Shown: positions 31,546-47,979, counted from the stretch's first letter. The stretch: DNA of 64,000 bases from the human T2T-CHM13v2.0 reference genome, Homo sapiens (GCF_009914755.1 NC_060928.1); one strand, 5' to 3'. Translations and numbers: made by a program. Notes: generated by a model from the letters alone, not told the origin.

Positions 31546-32581
31546 TGAGAGGACAGCCAAGATGGCCTAATAGGAACAGCTCCAGTCTACAGCTCCCAGT
31601 CTGAGCGACACAGAAGACGGGTGATTTCTGCATTTCCATCTGAGGTACCGGGTTCATCTCACTAGGGAGTGCCAGACAGTGGGTGCAGGACAGTGGGTGC
31701 AACGCACCGTGCACCAGCCGAAGCAGGGTGAGGCATTGCCTCACTCGGGAAGTGCAAGGGTCAGGGAGTTCCCTTTCCTAGTCAAAGAAAGGGGTGACAG
31801 ACAGCACCTGGAAAATCGGGTCACTCCCACCCTAATACTGTGCTTTTCCAACGGGCTTAAAAAATGGTGCACCAGGAGATTATATCCCGCACCTGGCTTG
31901 AAGGGTCCTACACGCACGGAGTCTCGCTGATTGCTAGCACAGCAGTCTGAGATCAAACTGCAAGGTGGCAGCGAGGCTGGGGGAGAGGCGCCCGCCATTG
32001 CCCAGGCTTGCTTAAGTAAACAAAGCAGCCCGGAAGCTCCAACTGGGTGGAGCCCACCACAGCTCAAGGAGGCCTGCCTGCCTCTGTAGGCTCCACCTCT
32101 GGGGGCAGGGCACAGACAAACAAAAAGACAGCAGTAACCTCTGCAGACTTAAATGTCCCTGTCTGACAGCTTTGAAGAGAGCAGTGGTTCTCCCAGCACA
32201 CAGCTGGAGATCTGAGAACGGGCAGACTGCCTCCTCAAGTGGGTCCCTGACCCCTGACCCCCGAGCAGCCCAACTGGGAGGCACCCCCCAGTAGGGGCAG
32301 ACTGACACCTCACACGGCCGGGTACTCCTCTGAGACAAAACTTCCAGAGGAACGATCAGACAGCAGCATTCGCGGTTCACAAAAATCCACTGTTCCGAAG
32401 CCATCCCTGCTGCTACCCAGGCAAACAGGGTCTGGAGTGGACCTCTAGCAAACTCCAACAGACCTGCAGCTGAGGGTCCTGTCTGTTAGAAGGAAAACTA
32501 ACAAACAGAAAGGACATCCACACCAAAAACCCATCTGTACATCACCATCATCAAAGACCAAAAGTAGATAAAACCACAAAG
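31546..32581. promoter_or_regulatory. L1 5'UTR bidirectional promoter (YY1 site CAAGATGGC at 31558-31566; antisense promoter; retains the ~128-bp ZNF93-binding segment at 32329-32456)
   Basis: Homologous to the L1PA 5'UTR. The segment TCTGAGACAAAACTTCCAGAGG...CTAGCAAACTCC between ACTCC repeats is the one absent from L1PA2/L1HS. Confidence 0.75.
31741..31998 (-). CDS. L1 ORF0 homolog, open, 85 aa
   Basis: ATG at L1 position ~453 on the antisense strand. MAGASPPASLPPCSLISDCCASNQRDSVRVGPFKPGAGYNLLVHHFLSPLEKHSIRVGVTRFSRC... resembles primate L1 ORF0 as I recall it. Expression is unknown. Confidence 0.7.
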   Translation of the reverse strand: MAGASPPASLPPCSLISDCCASNQRDSVRVGPFKPGAGYNLLVHHFLSPLEKHSIRVGVTRFSRCCLSPLSLTRKGNSLTLALPE

Positions 32582-33594
32582 ATGGGGAAAAAACAGAACA
32601 GAAAAACCGGAAACTCTAAAAAGCAGAGCGACTCTCCTCCTCCAAAGGAACACAGTTCCTCACCAGCAACAGAACAAAGCTGGACAGAGAATGACTTTGA
32701 CGAGTTGAGAGAAGAAGGCTACAGACGATCAAACTACTCCGAGCTACAGGAGGAAATTCAAACCAAAGGCAAAGAAGTTAAAACCTTTGAAAAAAATTTA
32801 GACGAATGTATAACTAGAATAACCAATACAGAGAAGTGCTTAAAGGAGTGGATGGAGCTGAAAGCCAAGGCTCCAGAACTACGTGAAGAATGCAGAAGCC
32901 TCAGGAGCCGATGCGATCAACTGGAAGAAAGGATATCAGCAATGGAAGATGAAATGAATGAAATGAAGCAAGAAGGGAAGTTTAGAGAAAAAAGAATAAA
33001 AAGAAATGAACAAAGCCTCCAAGAAATATGGGACTACGTGAAAAGACCAAATCTACATCTGATTGGTGTACCTGAAAGTGACTGGGAGAATGGAACCAAG
33101 TTGGAAAACACTCTGCAGGATATTATCCAGGAGAACTTCCCCAATGTAGCAAGGCAGGCCAACATTCAGATTCAGGAAATACAGAGAACACCACAAAGAT
33201 ACTCCTCGAGAAGAGCAACTCCAAGACACATAATTGTCAGATTCACCAAAGTTGAAATGAAGCAAAAAATGTTAAGGGCAGCCAGAGAGAAAGGTCGGGT
33301 TACCCACAAAGGGAAGCCCATCAGACTAACAGCGGATCTCTCGGCAGAAACCCTACAAGCCAGAAGAGAGTGGGGGCCAATATTCAACATTCTTAAAGAA
33401 AAGAATTTCAACCCAGAATTTCATATCCAGCCAAACTAAGCTTTATAAGTGAAGGAGAAATAAAATACTTTACAGAAAGCAAATGCTGAGATTTTGTCAC
33501 CACCAGGCCTGCCCTAAAAGAGCTCCTGAAGGAAGCGCTAAACATGGAAAGGAACAACCGGTACCAGCCGCTGCAAAATCATGCCAAAATGTAA
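32582..33594 (+). pseudogene. L1 ORF1p, frameshifted near the C-terminus
   Basis: A 285-aa ORF matches ORF1p up to KEKNF and then shifts frame. The natural stop ...AAAATGTAA is at ~33594. Confidence 0.93.
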
Positions 33595-33657
33595 AGACCA
33601 TCGAGACTAGGAAGAAACTGCATCAACTAACGAGCAAAATAACCAGCTAACATCATA

Positions 33658-35994
33658 ATGACAGGATCAAATACACACATCACAATATTAACTTTAAATG
33701 TAAATGGACTAAATGGTCCAATTAAAAGACACAGACTGGCAAATTGGATAAACAGTCAAGACCCATCAGTGTGCTGTATTCAGGAAACCCATCTCACGTG
33801 CAGAAACACACATAGGCTCAAAATAAAAGGATGGAGGAAGATCTACCAAGCAAATGGAAAACAAAAAAAGGCAGAGGTTACAATCCTAGTCTCTGATAAA
33901 ACAGAGACTTGTTGGATTTGTTAAACCAACAAAGATCAAAAGAGACGAAGAAGGCCATTACATAATGGTAAAGGGACCAATTCAACAAGAAGAGCTAACT
34001 ATCCTAAATATATATGCACCCAATACAGGAGCACCCAGATTCATAAAGCAAGTCCTGAGTGACCTACAAAGAGACTTAGACTCCCACACAATAATAATGG
34101 GAGACTTTAACACCCCACTGTCAACATTAGACAGATCAATGAGAAAGAAAGTTAACAAGGATACCCAGGAATTGAACTCAGCTCTGCACCAAGCGGACCT
34201 AATAGACATCTACAGAACTCTCCACCCCAAATCAACAGAATATACATTTTTTTCAGCGCCACACCACACCTATTCCAAAATTGACCACATAGTTGGAAGT
34301 AAAGCTCTCCTCAGCAAATGTAAAAGAACAGAAATTATAACACACTATCTCTCAGACCACAGTGCAATCAAACTAGAACTCAGGATTAAGAAACTCACTC
34401 AAAACCGCTCAACTACATGGAAACTGAACAACCTGCTCCTGAATGACTACTGGGCACATAACGAAATGAAGGCAGAAATAAAGATGTTCTTTGAAACCAA
34501 CGAGAACAAAGACACAACATACCGGAATCTCTGGGACTCATTCGAAGCAGTGTGTAGAGGGAAATTTATAGCACTAAATGCCCACAAGAGAAAGCAGGAA
34601 AGATCCAAAATTGACACCCTAACATCACAATTAAAAGAACTAGAAAAGCAAGAGCAAACACATTCAAAAGCTAGCAGAAGGCAAGAAATAACTAAAATCA
34701 GAGCAGAACTGAAGGAAATAGAGACACAAAAAACCCTTCAAAAAATTAATGAACCTAGGAGCTGGTTTTTTGAAAGGATCAACAAAATTGATAGACTGCT
34801 AGCAAGATTAATAAAGAAGAATCAAAACTTTTGGTACTGGTACCAAAACAGAGATATAGATCAATGGAACAGAACAGAGCCCTCAGAAATAACGCTGCAT
34901 ATCTACAACTATCTGATCTTTGACAAACCTGAGAAAAACAAGCAATGGGGAAAGGATTCCCTATTTAACAAATGGTGCTGGGGAAACTGGCTAGCCATAT
35001 GTAGAAAGCGGAAACTGGATCCCTCCATTACACCTTATACAAAAATTAATTCAAGATGGATTAAAGACTTAAATGTTAGATCTAAAACCATAAAAACCCT
35101 AGGAGAAAACCTAGGCATTACCATTCAGGACATAGGCATGGACAAGGACTTCATGCCTAAAACACCAAAAGCAATGGCAACAAAAGACAAAATTGACAAA
35201 TGGGATCTAATTAAACTAAAGAGCTTCTGCACAGCAAAAGAAACTACCATCAGAGTGAACAGGCAACCTACAAAATGGGAGAAAATTTTCCCAACCTACT
35301 CATCTGACAAAGGGCTAATATCCAGAATCTACAATGAACTCAAACAAATTTACAAGAAAAAAACAACCCCATCAAAAAGTGGGCGAAGGATATGAACAGA
35401 CACTTCTCAAAAGAAGACATTTATGCAGCCAAAAGACACATGAAAAAATGCTCATCATCACTGGCCATCAGAGAAATGCAAATCAAAACCACAATGAGAT
35501 ACCATCTCACACCAGTTAGAATGGCAATCATTAAAAAGTCAGGAAACAACAGGTGCTGGAGAGGATGTGCAGAAATAGGAACACTTTTACACTGTTGGTG
35601 GGACTGTAAAGTAGTTCAGCCATTGTGGAAGTCAGTGTGGCGATTCCTCAGGGATCTAGAACTAGAAATACCATTTGACCCAGCCATCCCATTACTGGGT
35701 ATATACCCAAAGGACTATAAATCATGGTGCTATAAAGACACATGCACACGTATGTTTATTGCGGCACTATTCACAATAGCAAAGACTTGGAACCAACCCA
35801 GATGTTCAACAATGATAGACTGGATTAAGAAAATGTGGCACATATACACCATGGAATACTATGCAGCCATAAAAAATGATGAGTTCATGTCCTTTGTAGG
35901 GACATGGATGAAATTGGAAATCATCATTCACAGTAAACTATTGCGAGGACAAAAAACCAAACACCGCATGTTCTCACTCATGGGTGGGAATTGA
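33658..35994 (+). pseudogene. L1 ORF2p with a +13 frameshift in EN and an in-frame ~500-codon deletion removing RT
   Basis: ORF 33965-35395 runs directly from ...ARLIKKNQ into [12 protein letters not shown]. Confidence 0.93.
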
Positions 35995-38859
35995 ACAATG
36001 AGAACACATGGACACAGGAAGGGGAATATCACACTCTGCGGACTGTTGTGGGGTGGGGGGAGTGGGGAGGGATAGCATTAGGAGATATACCTAATGCTAA
36101 ATGACGAGTTAATGGGTGCAGCACACCAGCATGGCACATGTATACATATGTAACTAACCTGCACATTGTGCACATGTACCCTAAAACTTAAAGTATAATA
36201 ATAATAAAATTGTAAAGAAACATGAAAAAAATAAAAATAAAAATAAATAAGTAAAAAATTAAAAAAAAAAGTTACAAGCATTCCTATACACCAACAATAG
36301 GCAAGCAGAGGGCCAAATCATGAATGAACTTCCATTCACAATTGCTACAAAGAGAATAAAATGCCTAGGAATACAGTTAACAAGAGATGTGAAGGATCTT
36401 TTCAAGGAGAATTACAAAACCACTGTTCAAAGAAATAAGAGACAACACAAACAAATGGAAAAGTATTCCATCCTTGTGAATAGGAAGAATCAATATTGTG
36501 AAAATGGCCATACTGCCCAAAGTAATTTATAGATTCAATGCTATTCCCATCAAAGTATGATTGACATTCTTCACAGAATTAGAAAAAAAAACTAGTTTAA
36601 AATTCATATGAAACCAAAAAAGAACCCGTATAGCCAATACAATCCTAAGCAAAGAGAACAAAACTGGAGGCATCATTCTACCTGACTTCAAACTATACTA
36701 CAAGGCTGCAGTAATCTAAACAGTAGAATACGAGTATAAAAACAGATACATAGATCAATTGAACAGAATAGAGGGCTCAGAAATAAGACTGCACATCTAC
36801 AACCATCTGATCTTCAGCAAACCTGACAAAAATAAGCAATGGGAAAAGGATTCTCTATTTAATAAATGGTGCTGGGAGAACTCACTAGCCATATGCAGAA
36901 AACTGAACCTGGACCCCTTCCTTACACCTTATACAAAAATTAACTCGAGATGGATTAAAGACTTAAATAAGAAAAATGTAAAACCCAAAACCTTAAAAAC
37001 CCTAGAAGAAAATCTAGGCAATATCATTCAGGAAATAGGCATGGGCAAAGATTTTATGATGAAATCACCAAAAGCAATTGCAACAAAAGCAAAAATTGAC
37101 AAGTGGGATCTAATTAAACTAAAGAGCTGGTGCACAGCAAAAGAAACTATCATCAAAATGAACAGGCAACCTACAGAATGGGAGAAAAATTTTTCAATCT
37201 ATTCATCTGACAAAGGTCTAATATCCAGAATTTACAAGGAACTTAAACAAATTTACAAGGAAAAAACAACCCCATCAAAAGTGGCCAAAGGACATGAACA
37301 GACACTTCTCAAAAGAAGACATTTATGCAGCCAACAAACATGAAAAAAAGCTCGTCACTGATTATTAGAGAAATGCAAATCAAAACCACAATGAGATAAC
37401 ATCTCACACCAGTCAGAATGGCAATAATTAAAAATTCAAGAAACAATAGATGCTGGCAAGGCTGCAGAGAAATAAGAATGCTTTTACACTGTTGGTGGGA
37501 ATATAAATTACTTCAACCACTGTGGAAGACAGTGTGGTAATTCCTCAAGGATCTAGAACCGGAAATACCATTTGACCCAGCAATCCCATTACTGGGTATA
37601 TACCCAAAGTAATATAAATAATTCTACTATAAAGGTACATGCACACATATGTTTATTGCAGTATTATTTACAATAGCAAAGACATGACAAACCCAAATGC
37701 CCATTAATAATAGACTGGATAAAGAAAATGTGGCACATATACACCGTGGAATACTACGCAGTCGTAAAGAGGAATGAGATCATATCCTTTGCAGGGACAT
37801 GCATGAAGCTGGAAGCCATCATCCTCAGCAAACTAACATAGGAATAGAACCAAACACTGCATGTTCTCACTCATAAGTGGGAGCTGAAAAATGAGAGCAC
37901 ATGGACGCAGGGAGGGGAACAACACACACTGGGACCTGTCAGGGGGGTGGTGGAAGGGAGTGCATCAGGACAAATAGCTAATGCATGTGGGTGGGTTGAT
38001 AGGTGCAGGAAATCATCATGGCACATATTTACCTATGTAACAAAGCTGCACTTTCTGCAAATGTATCCCAGAGCTTAAAATTAAATTAAATTTTTTTAAA
38101 AAGGTGATGTGCCTCCTCAACACTTCTCTTTCCACAGTGGTGTTTTAGCTCGTGCATCACAGGATGACTAAACTCCTGAGTCACCAGATAGAGGACAACC
38201 CTTGCTCACCTGAATTGGAATTTGAATGACAGGAAATAAACTTTTGATCTGATATATCACTGAGATTTGGAGTCTATTATTACTGCAGTATGTTCTTCAT
38301 TCTATATTTATTTTGGTCATAAAATGTGCCAAGAACTACCCTAGACACTGAGAATGCAAAGCTCCTGACCTCATGGAGCTTAATATTAAATTTTCCCTTA
38401 GAGGATCAAACTTTTTCAAGTTATGGGCCTCATTATCACAATGATCTAGACTACTAAACTAATCACACTGAATTTTACACCTTTTGATCTACACATTCAC
38501 AATTTGTCTGCAATAAAGAAAAAAGACATACGAAATCAGAAATAATAAGTGGTATTACATAATCAAAGACAGGACAAATTTTCCAGAGTAGTAATAATAA
38601 ATTTTATTTTAAAAAAATCCTTCTCAGAGTGGAAGTAAGAGGTTAATATTTCATAATAAGGAAAGTAAAAATTTCATTTGGGAATCGAAATGGTTAAAAT
38701 GAATTATCTGGATTTCACTAACTCATCTCTAAAATATGTCTTTATATTTTTAGAAAAGAGAATTAGAGTTTTTCAAATGCTACATTTAAGAATCTGAAAC
38801 ACTAAAGCCATGTTTTCATTCACACAACAAAGAACGTTATTCTTAAACCCTGTGTGATG

Positions 38860-39276
38860 TGATATGGTTTTGATCTGTATGTCTACCCCAATCTCCTGTG
38901 GAATTGTAATCCCCAGTGTTGGAGGTGGGGCCTGGTGGGAGATGACTGGATCATGGGGGTGGTTTCTCATGGTTTAACACCATTCCCTTTAGTGCTGCCA
39001 TCTCAATAGTGAGTTCTCGTGAGATCTGGTTGTTTAAAAGTGTGTGACACCTCCCTCCTCTCTCTCTTCCTCCTGCTCCTGCCATGTAAGACGTGCCTAT
39101 TTCCCCTGCACCTTCCACCATGATTACAAGTTTCCTGAGGCCACTCCAGAAGCCAAGCAGATGCTTCCATGCTTCCTGTACAGCCTGCAGGACCGTGAAC
39201 CAATTAAATCTCTATTATTTATAAATTACCTAGCCTCAGGTACATATTTAAAGCAATGCAAGAACAGACTAATACA
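38860..39276 (+). mobile_element. MSTA-like solo LTR
   Basis: tgatatggtttt...cagactaataca, with imperfect TSD TGATG/TGAAG. Confidence 0.88.
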
Positions 39277-42019
39277 TGAAGCATATCCTTATCATTCCCT
39301 CATCTGCACAATTATGAAAGGATTTAATTGGTACCTCACTTTAATAGTTCCACATTCTCCATGATCTTGTTTTTCATCTTTTTGAATATGTACTTTTGTA
39401 GCTGACTTGACCTTTATTGAATGAGTTAGACATATCTATAACCAAATAAACATTCACTTACAGAGAAGATGAACAAAAGAGGAATTGAATGATACACTCC
39501 AGATTAGAACTGGTTTTAGAACTCAGAACCAAAGTGGACATTCTTCTTAACCTACTGAAAAATGCAGCCTATGGTTATCATGCATCATACTTTCAAATAA
39601 TAACTGTGCAGATAAGCAAACATTATCACTTAAAATATATTTCAAAAGTCTCCTATCAGAAGGATAATAGAATTAAAATAGTGTACTTAAGGAGTTAGTT
39701 GATTACCTAAGAACATAATATAGAAAAGAATGGAATCCAAAAGTTGATGCTTCTCTTGCAGAGCATGATTACAAATTAACCATACACTGAAAATCACGAA
39801 TAGTTCTGGAATATTTTTTAACACAACTTCTGTATTTTGAAAAATGTAACTAATAACTGCATTTAATCTGATTAATACCTCAACAATAATTAAGCTCATA
39901 ACATCAAATTACACTTGAATTCAGGTTAAACCAATTCAAAAAGAAGTCAAAATCTGACCTTTTTGTGCTTCAAGCAAATCAAGCACATTTTCACAATGAA
40001 CCAATACAGAAAAGTTAATTATCACGGAACTGAACCTTAGGACCTTCAAATTTTCTGTTAAACTTGAGCAGCATAACTAAGGGTATTCATTAACTATAAT
40101 AACTACTTAATAAATTTTTAGAAAAAAACTGCTCAGCATATAAAACAGAAGCATAGCACTAAATTAACACTTCTGAAATTTGCTATAACTGTGTTCACCT
40201 GTGGATACCCAGAAAAAACCTAATGTCAAGCAACATTAATCATTCATCCATAAAAACAGGTAGACCGTTATCATGACAGTACAGAAATCTCTGTGATTTA
40301 TTTCAACATACAAGATATATCACATTTTTATAATAATGTTTACCTTATCTTTGTTTAATAATTTACTCATAGTCATGCAAACAAAAGCATATACATTGTG
40401 ATTTTAGAAAATTAGTGCAAAATTAAATGTTACATATTAAAGCAGATGTAGAAGAAAGAGTCAGGTTTCCTTAAATAATACATAAGAAAGAACACTCATT
40501 AAAAGGAGAAGGTAAAGTAAAAATTTCTCTTTCCCCATTACATGAAAAACTAAAATAGTTTTTTTAAAAAGGGATATATAGGTTCATATCTCAAAACCAC
40601 AGCCATTTATTTATGAAACACCAGTGCCTTCAACTACATCCACAGTTCAACCTGCTGATCCCCTTAAGCCATATGTGTATCAGGTGAAGACTCTAAATTG
40701 AGTTTTTGGGGGGTTCAGGCAGTCCTCCCAAAAACCTAAACCATACAAACCATATCATTTGTTTCACAGATCACCTAAAATGGTTTACAGTTTACCTGTT
40801 ACATTATGCAGGTTTTTCCTTTGCCCTGCTCTGCCAAAAATCTTTTTCTTTGTTGCTTTACTTCTCATGTTGGTATAGAAGTCTTTATTCCAACTAGGAT
40901 GGCCATCCAATGAAGTATAAAATTTTTAATTGGATATTTTCAAAGTCTTTGAAATAGAAACATCATAGACCCATCAAATGAAATGAGCAAGTTATTTTAA
41001 ATTCAAATTGCCTTAAAATCAAGAGAGCTGTTTTTAAAAACCCATATAATTCTGGAACCAAGCTTAATGATGTTTTTTAAATGCTCTAGATGCTAGTAAT
41101 CTCAACATATCATTTAAAATGAAATCGCTCCATGGACACTCCAGACACTTCTTTTTACAAATTCCCTTGTTTACTAGTTTCCAGGTTTAAAAAGGGCTCT
41201 TAAAGGTTACTGCACCCCATAAAACATTAGCAAATTATCCTGAAATTTCCAAAGATTGAAAAACACTGTGCCAAAAAGTAATAGTAAATCAAGTGATCAG
41301 TAATTTTGCTAAAGGATAGATATTATTATATATACACATATAGTGCTTTTATTATCCAGAGGAATAAAATATATTTTAATTAACTAATCAAGTCATCTAA
41401 TAATATTTCATATTTATTTAAAAGACATTGCTTTAACCAAAAAAAGGCAACATGTTTAATCTTGGCTATTATATCTTACAACGTAAAATGCCAAAAAAAG
41501 TAAGAATTGTTTTTAACTGAAGGCTAATTTTGACACTAACAACTCCACATTAAGACTGCTATTTTTTTCTTATCTCCAGTAGTATTTTTGGACCTTAAAT
41601 ACCACCACAATATTTTGGAATTTGTGTAAAAACCTTTTTCCCCCTACTGGTCCAAAAGTATCTTAGGTTCCTTTGCATTTAATCATAGTTTTTTTGTTCT
41701 CAGTTAAATGTAGTTTAAGTGGTATTATAAAGATAAAATGAGGTAAAATATTAATAAATTTTTCACACACAGTAAGTATTCAATAGGTAGTGAGGGGTTT
41801 TGGTTGGTTGGATGTTTGGTGACTCATTATTGCTTATCTCTGAGGTCTTGAACTCTAAGGAGTAGGGTTTTTTTAATGTTTATAAGCCTAACTACTCCCT
41901 ACCATGATTGAGAGTAAACAGCATGTTTTTTAGGAGAGTAACCACATCATGCTGTATCTCTAGTTTATATTACACAAATTACAAGTACATTTTATAGGTA
42001 CTCAGTAAGATGTCTTGCA

Positions 42020-44625
<2,606 letters not shown>

Positions 44626-46611
44626 TTAAATGGGATGGATATTAAACTAATAAATTAGAAAAATTACCAAAAACTCTTAAAAATATGTATTGAATCGATG
44701 AATGGTAAAATCAATAATCAATCAGTCAACGAGTAGATAAGGAGCCAAAAGGAGTTTTTGTGTCATAAGAAAAAGGAAGACCAGTCTTAGCTCAGTCCCT
44801 TTTACTTCTAGTGCTGCTTAAATTTATGATTTGATGATTAATTAATTTGTACCCTCTGTGTCACAGGCTTTCTCAAAATCAGGAAATAATTTAAAATTAT
44901 TCATAACTAAATCATCGGTAAATGTTTACAGAGGACACTAAGTTGATAAATGTTAGATAAATGTTAGGTAAATACTGATTTATGATTAGGAAAATAATGA
45001 AAACATAATTAAATCTATTAACATACACTTGTAGGATATGAGGATGTTGAAAAATTGATTTGATTTTGAAAAGCAAGCAAACACATTTCTACTTAGGAAA
45101 TGGTGTTTTTCTGCTGGGTTTTCATTTTCCCTCTTTCATTGAATATTTTCTGTAGTAAGATAAACTTCTGGGCCTGGGAGTTAAGGAGGAAGATGCCCTG
45201 GTCCTGACCCTGAGATAGTACCACTGAATGGGGAAAACAAATCTGTAAACTTAGTAGTAATGCACAAAGAATGCGGTAAGTGCTGTAGACACCAGAGAGT
45301 GTGTAGGAGTTGGGGAGCCACAACACATATTATTTCTCTGTGAATATATCTCCTGGTTAAAATCCTGAATAATCTGTTCAGTACAACAAAGTTCCAAAAA
45401 GAACACTTTCATGAGTTTTTTAAATTCATAGAGTGAAATGTAACAGTTCTGTACCTCTGTTCAATTGAGAAAAGAGGGCTAAGACTACTTACCTATTGCT
45501 CAGGAGAATCAAGAATTTTTCACTTTATATTCCCTGTAGGTTTATATTTTTGTAATTATTGAATTAATACCAGTGCAAACTAAAGATTATTCTTTTATTG
45601 TCCAACATTACAAAGAAAAATTTCTCCCGAGACTATAACAAGAAGCCTCTTGCCTTCAAAAGCTACTTGGTTGGGTTAAAAAAAATAATAAGAGTAACTT
45701 CTTCAAAAAAGTCAGTGAATCCCATATTCTTCAAATAATTGAGTTAAGAATTAAGGTAAAAACTATTAAAGATAATGTACCTATTTTCTGTTAACAAATA
45801 CTATTCAGCAATTTCATTTTCCGTATTTCTCTGATTTCTTGCAGACAATAGTGAAAAGCTTAGAAATATGACATAATTGAAAACCCCATGGACTAAGGCT
45901 CAAGAGACTGGAATTCTGGACACAGTTAATCATTAATTAATTATTGACAAGTTTTTTAAGATCTTTGAGTATTGTCTGTTGGGCAAAAAGTTGAGAGTAG
46001 CCTTAGCCAAGCTGGTGATAAGCTTAAACACCATAGCACATAAAGGATCTGTGAGATGCCCCAGGAAATGAGAAGCTTCCAAGGAACATAGTTAGAAAGA
46101 AAACCCCAATACATCATTCTGCCTCTAAAAATAAATACACTGTTTTCTTTAAATTGCTAGAGAAGTGAATGAGGCACAGAGTTATAAGAAAAATAAAAAT
46201 AAGTGTTTTTATCAGAGAAAATTCTACATAGGAAGTAAATAAAATGTCCAGTCACAAATGGAAATATTTTTACTATGCTATTTCTAGATTTTTTAAAAAC
46301 GTTATATGCATGCATATTTTCTGTGTATTAAAAGCTCATAATAAGCAAGAAAATCCAGTCATTAAGAAAGTTCATGCTTCACTTCTTTTTATTCCTTTGC
46401 TTTAAAAGAACTCTCATTAAAAATAAACATTCTGTATCTACACCCAAATGTAGAAAGTTGAACTGAAAAATAACGACACCCTACACAAAGACTTTCTGTA
46501 TTTTAAAAAATGGCTGAAATTTTTAGGCTATGTTAATTGATAATTGTTTTTGAGTTTCAGATTTAGTCTTGAAATATGTAAAACATTAACTTAGATTTTA
46601 GTTTTGGCTGG

Positions 46612-47818
<1,207 letters not shown>

Positions 47819-47979
47819 TCACAGTCATACAGCTTGCAAGTGCTAGGGCCCAGATATTTAACCTAAAAATTCAGGCCTACTCATTTTACACCACAGCAGG
47901 ATCACTGTTGCTACTGATTACATAAGCAAAACATGTATGATTCATTTATTCATTCTGCAGATGTTTGATGAGAGCCTAC

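Larger units (their letters stand above)
31546..36266 (+). mobile_element. L1PA3/L1PA4 with complete 5'UTR, frameshifted ORF1 and internally deleted ORF2
   Basis: 5' end GAGGACAGCCAAGATGGCCTAATAGGAACAGC, ORF1 starting MGKKQNRKTGNSK at 32582, ORF2 at 33658, and a perfect 17-bp TSD AAAAGTTACAAGCATTC (31529-31545 and 36267-36283). Confidence 0.96.
30279..38097 (+). mobile_element. Older 5'-truncated L1 (L1PA10-13-like), split by a younger L1 at 31546-36266
   Basis: ORF2 fragments at 30279-31545 and 36284-37890, and a 3'UTR gcatcaggacaaatagctaatgcatg. Imperfect TSD AAAAAG(C/GT)GATGTGC at 30265-30278 and 38098-38112. Confidence 0.9.

Noticed and set aside
34811-34850. Internal L1 deletion as a retrotransposed spliced L1 RNA
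   Set aside because: The deleted segment does not begin with GT (the consensus continues TAGAC). Microhomology and filler bases point to repair or template switching.
33965-35395. 476-aa ORF as a domesticated EN-CTD protein
   Set aside because: It lacks the first ~100 aa of the endonuclease (frameshift at ~33910) and shifts frame before the CCHC end. There is no evidence of selection.
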